The notes beneath the pieces are model-generated. The model was not told where the DNA came from. It did not search any database and worked only from the letters and a program-made list of their open reading frames with translations. 64,000 nt of DNA from Candidatus Dormibacteria bacterium. Its GTDB lineage: Bacteria > Chloroflexota > Dormibacteria > Aeolococcales > Aeolococcaceae. Position 1 is the first letter of the stretch; the number at the start of each line of letters is the position of its first letter. Position numbers and translations under genes: made by a program. Below, one piece after another: positions 50,609 through 60,798 of the stretch. The stretch is from the NCBI GenBank assembly GCA_049511615.1, contig JBEKXW010000009.1:12703-76702 (forward strand), read 5' to 3'.

Positions 50609-51718
50609 ATGCTGGACGGGCTGGACCTGCGCATCGAGCCGTTGCTCGACGCGCTCTTCGACCAGGGGGCCTCGGACCTGATCCTCAGTGCCGGAGCCCC
50701 TCCCTCGCTGCGCCTCGACGGCCAGCTGGTGGCCGCCGCGTCCCGGGCTCTGACCGATGAACAGGCCCGCAAGCTCATCGACCAGCTCCTCGGCGCCGAC
50801 CACCGCCACACCCTCGAGAAGGACGGCTCGGTCGACTTCTCCTTCCAGTGGACCGACCGAGGCCGGGTGCGGGGCAACGCCTTCCATCAGCGGGGGTCGG
50901 TCGCGGTGGCTCTGCGCGCCATTCCCAGCCAGATTCCCAGCTTCAGCGAGCTGCGGCTGCCTCCGATCGCCGAGCGCCTCGTCGAGCTGCCCCGCGGCCT
51001 CATCCTGGTGACCGGCCCCACCGGCGCCGGCAAGTCGACCACCCAGGCCTCGATGATCGATTGGATCAATCACTCGCGCGCCCAGCACATCATCACCATC
51101 GAGGACCCCATCGAGTACGTCCACTTCAACCGCCGCTGCGTGGTCGAGCAGCGCGAGCTGGGGCTGGACACGCCGACCTTCGCCGACGCGCTCCGCGCCT
51201 GCCTGCGCCAGGACCCCGATGTCCTGCTGGTGGGCGAGATGCGCGATCTGGACTCGATCCGGATCGCCCTGGCCATCGCCGAGACCGGTCACCTGGTCTT
51301 CGCCACCCTCCACACCAACGACACCACCCAGGCGATCAACCGGATCGTCGACGTCTTCCCCGGCGAGCAGCAGCAGCAGATCCGGGTGCAGCTGGCGGCC
51401 TCGCTACAGGCCGTGATCTACCAGCAGCTGCTCCCCATGCGCGAGGGTGGCCGGGTCGCCGCCTTCGAGGTCCTGATGGCCAATGCGGCGGTCAGGAACC
51501 TGGTCCGCGAGAACAAGTCGGCCCAGCTGCGCAACCTCATCGCCACCGGCCGCGGAGAGGGGATGCAGACCCTGGAGACCTCCCTCAACGAGCTGATCGC
51601 CGAGGGCCTGGTGGAGTGGGAGGACGCGGTGTCGGTGTCCCTCTACCCCAAGGAGGTCCACCGCCCCGAGCCGTCCGGCTCCTACGCTCCGCCGGTGTCG
51701 TCGACGGCCGGGCGGTAG
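50609..51718 (+). CDS. pilT: Type IV pilus retraction ATPase PilT
   Basis: GLILVTGPTGAGKSTT Walker A, Asp and His boxes, PilT C-terminal region; 369 aa. Confidence 0.9.
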   Translation: MLDGLDLRIEPLLDALFDQGASDLILSAGAPPSLRLDGQLVAAASRALTDEQARKLIDQLLGADHRHTLEKDGSVDFSFQWTDRGRVRGNAFHQRGSVAVALRAIPSQIPSFSELRLPPIAERLVELPRGLILVTGPTGAGKSTTQASMIDWINHSRAQHIITIEDPIEYVHFNRRCVVEQRELGLDTPTFADALRACLRQDPDVLLVGEMRDLDSIRIALAIAETGHLVFATLHTNDTTQAINRIVDVFPGEQQQQIRVQLAASLQAVIYQQLLPMREGGRVAAFEVLMANAAVRNLVRENKSAQLRNLIATGRGEGMQTLETSLNELIAEGLVEWEDAVSVSLYPKEVHRPEPSGSYAPPVSSTAGR

Positions 51719-51740
51719 CCAGCCGCGCCGGCTGGTCACG

Positions 51741-51769
51741 GCCCCGGGGCGCGCCGCGTGCTGCGGCGC
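51741..51769. terminator. GC-rich hairpins (GCCCCGGGGC; GCGCCGC-GTGCT-GCGGCGC) between convergent pilT and pilA; candidate bidirectional terminator
   Basis: Palindromes read from the sequence. No U-tract, which is usual for high-GC genomes. Confidence 0.3.
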
Positions 51770-51802
51770 ACCCCGCTTCTGGCCGTTCCGCCGCTTGGCG
51801 GG

Positions 51803-52210
51803 TTAGCCGGTCTGGCAGACGGCGCCGTTGACGGAGCCCGCAACGGTCCCCGTCGAGTTGGTATACGCGAAGCTCTCACCGGTCTGGGGCGCGGCCTGTA
51901 GGTAGGGATTGGTGCCAGTGAGTAGCTCGGCGGTGTTTACAACGTCGCCCGCCGCAGGTGCCGCCTTGTCTCCTCCGTTAACCGGGTACACGCTGTTCTG
52001 GACGTAGTAGCCGTCCGCGGCGGTCTGGACCGCCTCGGTGTCCGACTTGCACGAGGCGCTCTGGGCGTTGCCTTTCACGCCGGTGACGTTGATCACCACG
52101 ATGGCGGCCAGGACCCCCAGGATCGCGATCACCACGAGCAGCTCGATGAGGGTGAAGCCTCCCTCCCCCTTGCGGCGGTGACGCGTCACCCGTTGTCTTA
52201 GGTTAACCAT
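51803..52210 (-). CDS. pilA: Type IV major pilin (PilA-like)
   Basis: Prepilin leader ...RRKGEG|GFTLIELLVVIAILGVLAAI with the class III signal. AGGAGGGAGG RBS. Confidence 0.85.
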   Translation of the reverse strand: MVNLRQRVTRHRRKGEGGFTLIELLVVIAILGVLAAIVVINVTGVKGNAQSASCKSDTEAVQTAADGYYVQNSVYPVNGGDKAAPAAGDVVNTAELLTGTNPYLQAAPQTGESFAYTNSTGTVAGSVNGAVCQTG

Positions 52211-52281
52211 GATTGCCTCCCTCCTGGTTGAGATACTATATTCGTCTTCGGGCCGCCGAACTCACGGCCCTATGGTCGCTG

Positions 52282-53568
52282 TTACGAGCCGTAGTCGATA
52301 CTGATGATTCCCGCTGTCGTCCCTCCCTCGCAGGCCGCTTCGACCACGACCCCGCCGATCACGGTGCCGGTGTTGCCGAGCACGTCGTCCTGGTAGACCC
52401 AGCAGTAGCCTCCCGTCGGCGGGCTCGCGTCCACCTGCACGGTCCCCGCGGGCTGCCGGGGACTTTTGGCATCGATGGTCAGGCTTCCGACGACGAGGGC
52501 GTTCCCCGTACCCGTCATCGCGGAGCCGGAGACGTCGGCGGTGGCGCCTGCCTGCACCTCCATGCCGGCGGCCGACCCGCCACCCGTCGCGAACACTCCG
52601 CCCGTGACATTGAGGCTGCCACCCGTGCCAACGCAGATCACGGCCCGCGTTGGGCAGAGGTCGGTGTCCAGGCCACCGGGATCGAACTCCAAGGTTATGT
52701 CACCGGTAAGCTGGCCTCCGTCGCCAAGCTGGCCTCCGTCGCCGATGCTGAGGCTGGTGCCGGGCATGAAATCCAGGGTCGCGGCGCTCTGATCGGGGCC
52801 CTGATCTTCGACGGTCACGAGGGTATTGGTGATGCTGAGGGGATCCTCGAAGATCACCTGGCTGCCCGGGCTCAGGTAGTGATGCTGGGTCTCGCTCCCA
52901 TCCCAGTCGATGGTCCCGGTGTCCGAGAAGTAGCAGCCGCTGTCCAGGGGGTTCGAGCGGGTGCCGTCGTCATCCTCGAGCGCTCTGCACTCGTACTGAG
53001 GTGGCGGCGATGGCAGTCTCGGGGCATCGGGCGATACGGTGCCGCCCAGCGTCGCCGGCGGGGAGGGGCTGATATGGGCAGCGTTGCATGAGCTCGACGG
53101 ACCGCAGGCGACGACCCCCGGGTCCGCGGACACCGAACCCGATCCCGTGACACCGTGGTTGAAGACCACGGGACCCTCGGCGCCGAGCACACCGTCGACG
53201 GTGGAGGGCTGGTTGCCAAGGACGCACACCGCGCACTGATCCGCGAGGAGGTCGGCCGTCGTCCCCGGGTTGCACGCGGCCGTCCGGTAGGAGGCGGTGG
53301 CGCCGGTGGTCGTCATGGAGATGGTGGCCTGGGTGCCGACCACGCAGTCCGCTCCCGCCTGCTCCGCGGCCTGGGCTGCGAGGAACATCCCTCCCTCGGC
53401 GGCGGCATCGGAGCTCGTCGCCGACTGCGTGTGCGCCTGCCGCAGCTCGACCGCGTCCGCGAGCTGCAGCACCGCGGTGGTGACCAGCGCGAAGAAGACC
53501 ACGAAGGCGAGGGCCATGATCAGGACCTGACCCTGTTCGCCTCGGCGCCGTGCGCGTCGCGTCAGCAT
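52282..53568 (-). CDS. Pilus-associated protein with N-terminal hydrophobic anchor (PilX/TadG-like), 428 aa
   Basis: The ATG at 53568 gives MLTRRARRRGEQGQVLIMALAFVVFFALV. The C-terminal part is Gly/Thr-rich and carries an 18-nt tandem duplication (GDGGQL x2). Confidence 0.55.
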   Translation of the reverse strand: MLTRRARRRGEQGQVLIMALAFVVFFALVTTAVLQLADAVELRQAHTQSATSSDAAAEGGMFLAAQAAEQAGADCVVGTQATISMTTTGATASYRTAACNPGTTADLLADQCAVCVLGNQPSTVDGVLGAEGPVVFNHGVTGSGSVSADPGVVACGPSSSCNAAHISPSPPATLGGTVSPDAPRLPSPPPQYECRALEDDDGTRSNPLDSGCYFSDTGTIDWDGSETQHHYLSPGSQVIFEDPLSITNTLVTVEDQGPDQSAATLDFMPGTSLSIGDGGQLGDGGQLTGDITLEFDPGGLDTDLCPTRAVICVGTGGSLNVTGGVFATGGGSAAGMEVQAGATADVSGSAMTGTGNALVVGSLTIDAKSPRQPAGTVQVDASPPTGGYCWVYQDDVLGNTGTVIGGVVVEAACEGGTTAGIISIDYGS

Positions 53569-54197
53569 GGCCCGGTGCCCCCACCGGTGAGGGGATCGTT
53601 TGGCCAGGGCTCGGTGGCCAGGGGCTGGAGGTCGAAGCTGAGGGTCGCGGGGTTGGCGAGCCGCGGAACGGCGCTGGTCACGGTGACGTCCAGCCCGACG
53701 GGCCACTCGTACGGGGGGGGGATGCTCATGGTCAGGCTGACCGGGGAGGTGGTCACGGCCACGCTCGACAGCTCCGTCCCGCCGGCCCACGAAGATCGCG
53801 AGACCGTCTTCGCGGGCAGCGAGAGCGTGTAGATGGCCATGTCGCACTGGGTGGCGTCGGCGAGGTCGGGCCACTCCACGCAGACCACGTCGGCGGAGCC
53901 GCACTGGCCGTGAAACGGCGGCGTCTCGGCGGCGCAGCCGCCGTATGGCCGGCCGCTCGGAACCTCGATGCAGGTGGCGCGGTGCACGTCCTCGGCGAGC
54001 AGCTGCTCGAAGCTGATGGCATCGGAAGCGGCGGCGAGGCGGTCCCGGGAGGCTCCGGGGTCGAGGATGCTGCGCAAGCCGACGGTGAAGACCATTCCGA
54101 TCACCGCCCCGATGATGCCGAGCAGGGCCAGCGTGATCAGGGCCTCGATGAGCGTGAATCCCCGCTCCCCGGGGCGCGATCGGGCCCGCGGGCTCAC
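53562..54197 (-). CDS. Prepilin-type minor pilin / pseudopilin
   Basis: VSPRARSRPGERG|FTLIEALITLALLGIIGAV prepilin N-methylation motif. GTG at 54197 overlaps the upstream stop. Confidence 0.65.
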   Translation of the reverse strand: MSPRARSRPGERGFTLIEALITLALLGIIGAVIGMVFTVGLRSILDPGASRDRLAAASDAISFEQLLAEDVHRATCIEVPSGRPYGGCAAETPPFHGQCGSADVVCVEWPDLADATQCDMAIYTLSLPAKTVSRSSWAGGTELSSVAVTTSPVSLTMSIPPPYEWPVGLDVTVTSAVPRLANPATLSFDLQPLATEPWPNDPLTGGGTGPC

Positions 54198-54709
54198 GAC
54201 ACGTCCTCCTTCCAGACAACCTGGTGGAGCGGGATCGACCCCTTGGACACGGTGATGCTGATCTCCTGCACACCGTAGTCGTAGCCGCTCGTCCTGCCGC
54301 CCCGGCCGAACCCGGTCGTGCACGTCTGCGGGCTGAACCCGGGGAGGGACACCGTCGAGGACTCGACGACGGACGTGATCGCCCAGCTCACCCCCTGATC
54401 GCGGTAGGCGGCGGGGACGGCGGGCGCGGGGTACGTGGTCGCGCACGGCTGGTAGCCGACAGGTGCCTCGGGCTGGAGGTAGTCGGCGAGGTAGCGGGCG
54501 GCGCCGTCCAGGGTCGCCTGGGTCTGGGCCTCCCCGGAGCTGCGCACGACAGCGGAGAAGCCGTAGGCGATCCCCACCACCGCGACGGAGATCACGGCGA
54601 GCGCCACCAGCATCTCAATAAGGGTCAACCCCGCCTCCCCGCGCCTCGCTCGCCGGGAGTGGAAGGTCGCCGCTGCCCCGCGCCCAGGGTCGGAGAGTCG
54701 CATCTTCAC
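54194..54709 (-). CDS. Prepilin-type minor pilin / pseudopilin
   Basis: ...RRGEAG|LTLIEMLVALAVISVAVVGIAY. Start is GTG at 54709 (overlapping the pilC stop) or ATG at 54703. Confidence 0.7.
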   Translation of the reverse strand: MKMRLSDPGRGAAATFHSRRARRGEAGLTLIEMLVALAVISVAVVGIAYGFSAVVRSSGEAQTQATLDGAARYLADYLQPEAPVGYQPCATTYPAPAVPAAYRDQGVSWAITSVVESSTVSLPGFSPQTCTTGFGRGGRTSGYDYGVQEISITVSKGSIPLHQVVWKEDVS

Positions 54710-55950
54710 CCCTTGAACGCCGACGCGAAGCCGTAGATGGCCTGGATCAACGAGATCGCGACCAAGCCGACGATCGACCCCACGCTGACGATCAGGATCG
54801 GCTCCACGATCGAGGTCAGCCGCTTGAGCCGGTTGTCCAGCTCGCTGTCGTACATCTTGGCGGTCTCGGCGAGGTGCTGGTCGAGGGTGCCCGTCTCCTC
54901 ACCCACCCTCACCATCTGGATCACCAGCGGTGGGAAGAGCGCCGTCTGGCGCAGCGAGCGCGAGAAGCTCTCGCCGATGGCGACCTGCGCCCCGACCTCG
55001 CGCAGCGCGCTGCGGTAGACGGGGTTGCGGGTGCTCTCCACCACCACCGAGAAGCTGGTGCTGACGGGCACGCCGGCCGCCAGGGTGTCGCTCAGGGCGC
55101 GGCAGAAGCGCTCGATGCTGGCCGCGCGCATCATCTCCCCGATGGCGGGGAGGCGGAGCAGGAGTCGATTGAACTGCATCTTCCCTGTCTCGGTGCGCAT
55201 GTAGTAGCCGACACCGAGGATGGCTACCAGGAGACCGACCAGGATCCAGACGGCATTGTTCCCGATGAAGGCGCTGAAGTTGAGCAGCGCGGCGGCTATC
55301 CCGGGCAGCTTGGCTCCGTACTCCGCGAAGAGGGTGCGGAATTGCGGCAGGACAAAGACCACCAGCCCGGTCGCCACCACCAGGGCCATGCCGAGGACGA
55401 TCGCCGGGTACATGAGTGCGCCCCGGATCTTGGTCCGGGTCTCCAGCTCGCGCTCGAAATGGTTGGCGGCGCGGACCAGGACGTCGTCGATGTGGCCGGT
55501 CATCTCGGAGGCCCGGAGCAGGTCGGCCAGCACCGGGGGGAATACCTGGGGGTGGCGGGCGACGGCGGCGCTGAGCAGTCCGCCCCGCTCCAGGTCGGCG
55601 ACCATCGAGGCGCACGCCTGGCGCATCCGCCTGCTGGGGGCCCCGTCAGCGATCGTCTCCAGCGCGGTGGTGAGCGGAACCCCCACCCGGACAAAGGTGG
55701 AGAGCTGCCGGCAGAAGACCACGACCTCCGGGAGCTTGACCTTGGTCAGCCCGTCCAGGAAGCCGCTGAGGGGGGCCCGGGAGCGCGCCTTGACCGCGGT
55801 GGGGCGCAGCCCGCGCACCGCGATCGCGTGCCAGACCGCCTCGGAATCGGTGGCCTCCATCATCCCCTTGACCTCGCCGCCATCGGGGTCGACCGCCGTG
55901 TACTCGAAGAGCTGCATCCGCCGGGGCTGGGAGGGGGCGGCATCGATCAT
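54706..55950 (-). CDS. pilC: Type IV pilus assembly platform protein PilC (GspF family)
   Basis: Two T2SSF repeats, ~400 aa, three TM segments. Confidence 0.9.
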   Translation of the reverse strand: MIDAAPSQPRRMQLFEYTAVDPDGGEVKGMMEATDSEAVWHAIAVRGLRPTAVKARSRAPLSGFLDGLTKVKLPEVVVFCRQLSTFVRVGVPLTTALETIADGAPSRRMRQACASMVADLERGGLLSAAVARHPQVFPPVLADLLRASEMTGHIDDVLVRAANHFERELETRTKIRGALMYPAIVLGMALVVATGLVVFVLPQFRTLFAEYGAKLPGIAAALLNFSAFIGNNAVWILVGLLVAILGVGYYMRTETGKMQFNRLLLRLPAIGEMMRAASIERFCRALSDTLAAGVPVSTSFSVVVESTRNPVYRSALREVGAQVAIGESFSRSLRQTALFPPLVIQMVRVGEETGTLDQHLAETAKMYDSELDNRLKRLTSIVEPILIVSVGSIVGLVAISLIQAIYGFASAFKG

Positions 55951-55960
55951 GGCCGGCGCC

Positions 55961-57700
55961 TCAGATCGTGTAGACGGTCCGCATCACCTCGGCGAGGGTG
56001 GTGCGACCACTGGCGGCGATGTCGCAACCGGCCTGCTGGAGGGTGTGCATCCCGTTCTCGACGGCGGATGCCAGCAACTCCGTGTGATGCGACCTGGCCA
56101 CGATCCGCTCCCGGACGGGGTCGTCGACCCGGAGGCACTCGAAGACGCCCACCCGGCTGTGAAAGCCGGTTCCGGTACACCGCGCGCAGCCCACCGCCTG
56201 GGGCAGCCGAGTCGGGGGGTCGTCGCCGATGATGGCGCGATAGAAGGCGGCCTCGGCCGCCGTCGTGGCTGCCGAGCCGGCGCATCGCTCGCAGACCAGC
56301 CGCACCAGCCGCTGCGCCACCACCCCGATCAGGGCCGAGGCCACCAGGTACGGCTCGATACCCATGTCGATGAAGCGGTAGATGGCGCCCACAGAGTCGG
56401 CGGCGTGCATCGAGCACAGCACCAGGTGTCCGGTGAGCGCCGATTGGATCGCGATCTGGGCGGTCTCGACATCGCGGACCTCGCCCACCAGGATGATGTC
56501 GGGGTCCTGTCGGAGGATCGCCTTGAGGCCGTTGGCGAAGGTGGTCCCCGCCAGGCGGTTGATCTGGACCTGGTTGATGTTCTCGAAGCGGTACTCGACC
56601 GGGTCCTCGATGGTGGTGATGTTCCGAGCGGCGCTGTCCAGCTCGCTGAGAGCGGCATACAGCGTGGTGGTCTTGCCGGCGCCGGTGGGGCCGGCCACCA
56701 CCAGCATGCCGTACGGCGAGTCGATGAGCCGGCGCAGCCGCTCGCGGGCCGCGGGCTGCAATCCCAGCTCGGCGAGGGGGACCAGCGACCGGGTGCGGTC
56801 GAGGAGCCGCAGCACCACCTTCTCGCCCCAGATCGTCTCCATGGTGGAGACGCGGATGTCGACCGGCCTCCCGTCGATGGTCATCTCCAGCTGACCGTCC
56901 TGGCTGCGGTGGCGGTCGACGATGTCCATGTTGGCGAGGATCTTGAGCCGCGACGCGATCGGCCCCACCAGGCTGGTGGGCAGGTCATTGACGTCGTGGA
57001 GAGCTCCGTCGATCCGGAACCGGATCCGCAGCCGGTCGGCCTGCGGCTCGACGTGGACGTCGGAGGCACGGTCGCGGAGTGCCTGGGTGAGCAGCAGGTC
57101 CACGATCTGCACCACCGGGGCGTCGGCGCGGAGCGGTATCTGCAGGGTTGCGGCCGGGCCTTCCTGGCGATCGATAACCGCCCGCTGCACCGCGTGGTCC
57201 ACCTTGTGGAGCACCGTGTAGTGGCGGTCGAGTGCCCGCTCCAGGGCCAGCCGACCAGCCAGACGGGGAAAGACGGGCTGGGCCAGGGCCTGCTGGAGGG
57301 CGGCCATCCGATCGGTGTCGGCGGGGTCGGCGACGGCGCAGTGGACCATGCCCAGCTCGTCAATCAGCAGCGGAAGGGCACCCAGGGAGTGCGCGGTCGC
57401 CGGGTCGATCAGGTAGAGGGCCTCCTGTTCGGGGGCGACCTGCTCCAGGTCGACCGCGTTGTATCCGAGCTGCTCGGCCAGGGCGGCGACGACCGCCCCC
57501 TCGCGGGCGCCGGCATCGACGAGCAGCTCGCCGATCTTGCGTTTGTCGCGGCGCTGCCGGCGAAGGGCGGCACGAACGGATGCCGGCGTGGCAGCACCCC
57601 TGCCGATCAGCATCTCTCCGAGCGGAAGAGGCGCCTTCACCGGGGGCGGGTCGAGCGTGTCCGGGCTCTCCGATCGCCGGGTGAACCGAGAGATCATCAC
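55961..57700 (-). CDS. pilB: Type IV pilus assembly ATPase PilB (GspE family) with N-terminal T2SE_Nter domain
   Basis: Walker A VVAGPTGAGKTTTL, Asp/His boxes, tetracysteine CERC...CARCTGTG. Confidence 0.9.
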   Translation of the reverse strand: MMISRFTRRSESPDTLDPPPVKAPLPLGEMLIGRGAATPASVRAALRRQRRDKRKIGELLVDAGAREGAVVAALAEQLGYNAVDLEQVAPEQEALYLIDPATAHSLGALPLLIDELGMVHCAVADPADTDRMAALQQALAQPVFPRLAGRLALERALDRHYTVLHKVDHAVQRAVIDRQEGPAATLQIPLRADAPVVQIVDLLLTQALRDRASDVHVEPQADRLRIRFRIDGALHDVNDLPTSLVGPIASRLKILANMDIVDRHRSQDGQLEMTIDGRPVDIRVSTMETIWGEKVVLRLLDRTRSLVPLAELGLQPAARERLRRLIDSPYGMLVVAGPTGAGKTTTLYAALSELDSAARNITTIEDPVEYRFENINQVQINRLAGTTFANGLKAILRQDPDIILVGEVRDVETAQIAIQSALTGHLVLCSMHAADSVGAIYRFIDMGIEPYLVASALIGVVAQRLVRLVCERCAGSAATTAAEAAFYRAIIGDDPPTRLPQAVGCARCTGTGFHSRVGVFECLRVDDPVRERIVARSHHTELLASAVENGMHTLQQAGCDIAASGRTTLAEVMRTVYTI

Positions 57701-58135
57701 CGGCGAGCCCTAACCTCCACTACGGTTTCTCCTCTGCTCCCCGGACAGCCCGGGAACGGCGAACGCACTCCTTGGAGATCCCCCAACCCCCGAGGCGCCC
57801 TGGCGCCGTGGTCCTGGATCGCGCTCCCCCATGCGTGCCAGCCACCCCCATGACCACGGTGCCTTTCAGGGCCCTAACTCGCTTGGCCTCGCGACGACGG
57901 ACGGGCGAGCGCCCCGCGGACACCAGCCTAGGAGAGGGAGAGGTCGCGCACCAGACCCCACATGGGGCGGTCCGTCCACCGAATTTGGGTGGTGGCGGGG
58001 CGCGCTGGCCGGCCCCAGAATGGCGCTGTGGACTGTCGCGCTGCGGCCGCCGAAGTCGCTGTGCCCGGGTCGAGGCCTCGATCCGATCAGCGGCGGTTGA
58101 CTGTGCCCGCGGGCTGAACCAGGAGGATGGCGGAG

Positions 58136-59020
58136 GTGGGTGCTCCGGTGGAGCTCGAGGAGCGTTTGGCCGAGCTCGAGCGCCAGCGCAGCGAGGGCTC
58201 GCTCTCGGAGATCGGATACAACCTGCGCCGGAACCTGCTCATCACGCGATCCGAGGATCTGGCCCGGCGCCGTGCAGCCGCCAGGGTGGTCGCACCCCGC
58301 CCCACGGTGGTCACACCCCGCCCCTCAGCACCACGGCCCGCGCCGGCGGCTCCGAAGCGCGGACGGCGTCTCGAACCGGACCAGCGGCGCCGTGGACCGA
58401 CGTCGCCCCCACGGTGGGGGCTGGCCCGCCGGGGCTGGGCGCGGTTGGCCTCGCGTCCCGCCGTGATGATGCTGGCCGCCGCGGTCGTGGTCGGCATCGC
58501 GGTGTTCGCCGTCTACCGCGTCAGCAACGCCGGAGCCACCCCATCAGCGACCGCGCCGCACTCACAGGGTGGGGCGGCTGCAGCAGGTGCCACGGCCGGG
58601 CCGAGCCAGAGCGCGGCCGCGGTGTCCCCCCCTGCCGCGCTGGCAACGGTGATCGACGCCACCCAGACCACGCCTGGCGGCGGCACCGTCACCCTGCTCA
58701 GCTACGCGGACCACTTCGCGTCGGGAAGCTCCATCAACAACCCCCTGCCTCCGGGCGGCTTCTACGCAGCGGTGGATCTCAGGGTGTGCGCCGGGACCGC
58801 CGGGTCCTTCGTGTCGCCGTTCCAGTTCGCTCTCGTCGAGCCTGGTCAGGCTCAGGTGGGCATCGCCACGGGACCGACCTTGGGCAAGCAGCCGGAGCTG
58901 TCGGTCCAGCAGCTGCCGCCGGGCGCCTGCGTCACCGGGTGGCTCAGCTACGGAGTCGCCGCCAGGCCCACTGCCCTGGACGACAGCGGGGACAGCCTGA
59001 CCTGGCCCATCCCCGGCTAA
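58136..59020 (+). CDS. Membrane-anchored protein with N-terminal SHOCT-like helix and C-terminal DUF4352-like extracytoplasmic domain
   Basis: ELEERLAELERQRSEGSLSEIGYNLRRNLL, one TM segment, and a C-terminal beta-rich domain. A GTG at 58136 is preferred over the ATG at 58127 on RBS spacing. Confidence 0.45.
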   Translation: MGAPVELEERLAELERQRSEGSLSEIGYNLRRNLLITRSEDLARRRAAARVVAPRPTVVTPRPSAPRPAPAAPKRGRRLEPDQRRRGPTSPPRWGLARRGWARLASRPAVMMLAAAVVVGIAVFAVYRVSNAGATPSATAPHSQGGAAAAGATAGPSQSAAAVSPPAALATVIDATQTTPGGGTVTLLSYADHFASGSSINNPLPPGGFYAAVDLRVCAGTAGSFVSPFQFALVEPGQAQVGIATGPTLGKQPELSVQQLPPGACVTGWLSYGVAARPTALDDSGDSLTWPIPG

Positions 59021-60798
59021 CTCACGGGACGGGCCGGCCGGCCGGCATGGCATTCCTCCACCGCCTCGGCTATGAGTCCCAGCAGATCGCGAGCCGCGAT
59101 CGGCTTCAGCCCGAACCGGTCGCAGCCGGCTGCCACCGCCCGTTCGGCGGTATCGCCGATCCGGTCGGCGGAGAGGACGACGACCGCGAGCGGTCGGTCG
59201 ACTCCTCCGCGGAGCGATTCGATGATCTCGAGACCGCTGCCGTCGGGCAGCTGCACGTCGAGGACGACGACATCGGCAGGTGAGCTGGCGATCGCCTCCA
59301 GCGCACCGCTCCGGGTGGCCACCGATCGCACCCGGTAACCGGCCGCGGTCAGGACATCGCTGATCGACTGCCGGCTGACGGCATCGTCCTCGACCACCAG
59401 GATCGAGGCCGCCCCGCCGTCCTCTCCGACCACCGCGCTCTGGCCACCGGTGGGGCGGAGCAGGCGGGGCGGAAGGGGCTCGCGGGATCGGCGCAGGCTG
59501 AAGCAGAAGCGGCTGCCAATCCCCACCTCGCTGCTCACCTCCAACCGGCTTCCGTGCAGCGCGACGATCCGCTGGCAGATCGCCAGGCCCAGGCCCACTC
59601 CCTGGCCATGCGATCCGTCTCCGCGTTCGAACGGCTCGAAGATCCGTTCTGTCTCCGATGGCGGAATCCCCCTCCCGGTGTCGCAGACGGCGAAGTGGAC
59701 CTGTTCCGGACCTACCTCGATCTCGAGCCAGGCGCGGCCGCCGGCATCCGTGAACTTGACCGCGTTGGTGAGGAGGTTGACCAGCACCTGGCGGAGGCGG
59801 ATGGGGTCGGCGAGCACTCGGGGGACGCCGGCCAGCCCCGGCCACTCGATGGCGATCGCGGCGGAGCCCGCCAGGGGGGAGATCAGTGCGGAGACATCGT
59901 CGAGGACCGCGGAGATGTCCACCGGCTGCGGGCGGACGTCGAGGCGGCCGGCCTCCAGCCGTCCCAGGTCGAGGAGGTTGTCGACCAGGGCAAGGAGGTG
60001 GCTGGCGACGTTGTGGATGCGGCCGCCAACCGCACGGACCTGATCCTCCGCGAGCCTCCCGAAGGATGGATCGGAGAGCAGTTCCGCCGAGACCATGATC
60101 CCGGCGATCGAGCCCCTCAGCTCGTGGGAGAGGCTGCTCAGAAACGAGCGGGTCGCCTCCATCTCCTTACGCAGCGACTGCGATGCGACGGCGATCCGAT
60201 CCACGAGCTCGGGGGTGGCGGCCTCGCTCCACAGCGGCGTTCGGCTGAGCTCGGCTGCCATGCGGGCGACGAAGCGCTCGTCTTCCAGCGTGAACTCGGG
60301 GCCTCCGCGCTTGTTGGCGGCGTAGACGAGTCCGATGACCTCCCGATGGCGCACCAGCGGCGCCGAGACGAAGGAGGTGATCGGATGGCCGTCGGGCAAG
60401 CCGAGGACGGCGGTGTGCGGGCGAATATCGTCCAGCCGCAGGGGCCGGCCCGTCTCGAGGGCCTTCCTCAGCAGGCCATCGGCTTCCGCTCTCTCCACCG
60501 CGATGGTCCCGCCGACGCTCCGCGCCAGGCCGGATTGGACAACCGTGCCCGTGCCCCCGTCCGGCCCGTCGAAAAGGACGACCCCGGCGTGGCCGGCGCC
60601 CAGCACGCTGCGGATGTCGTGGGTGGTCCACTGGAGGACGCTGGCGGGCCGGACCTGGCGCAGCAGGGCCAGATTGGCCCGGACCAGGCGCTGCGCCTTG
60701 GTCCGAAGGAGAGCGATCTGCTCATCGGCCTCCGGCAGCTGTCCGGTTCCCTCCGCGGCGAGGCCGTCCGGCTCGACCGGCTCCTGCCCCGCGGTCAA
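59017..60798 (-). CDS. Hybrid sensor histidine kinase (GAF-HisKA-HATPase_c-REC)
   Basis: H-box LSHELRGSIAGI, N/G boxes, C-terminal receiver ILVVEDDAVSRQ...VVVLDVQLPDGSG. Confidence 0.85.
   Translation of the reverse strand: MTAGQEPVEPDGLAAEGTGQLPEADEQIALLRTKAQRLVRANLALLRQVRPASVLQWTTHDIRSVLGAGHAGVVLFDGPDGGTGTVVQSGLARSVGGTIAVERAEADGLLRKALETGRPLRLDDIRPHTAVLGLPDGHPITSFVSAPLVRHREVIGLVYAANKRGGPEFTLEDERFVARMAAELSRTPLWSEAATPELVDRIAVASQSLRKEMEATRSFLSSLSHELRGSIAGIMVSAELLSDPSFGRLAEDQVRAVGGRIHNVASHLLALVDNLLDLGRLEAGRLDVRPQPVDISAVLDDVSALISPLAGSAAIAIEWPGLAGVPRVLADPIRLRQVLVNLLTNAVKFTDAGGRAWLEIEVGPEQVHFAVCDTGRGIPPSETERIFEPFERGDGSHGQGVGLGLAICQRIVALHGSRLEVSSEVGIGSRFCFSLRRSREPLPPRLLRPTGGQSAVVGEDGGAASILVVEDDAVSRQSISDVLTAAGYRVRSVATRSGALEAIASSPADVVVLDVQLPDGSGLEIIESLRGGVDRPLAVVVLSADRIGDTAERAVAAGCDRFGLKPIAARDLLGLIAEAVEECHAGRPARPVS

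Noticed and set aside
50487-50609. Upstream extension of the truncated pilD ORF to the ATG or GTG at 50609.
   Set aside because: It would share its start codon position with the divergent pilT ATG and adds a non-conserved Arg-rich leader. The internal GTG at 50486 starts exactly at the conserved A24 N-domain.
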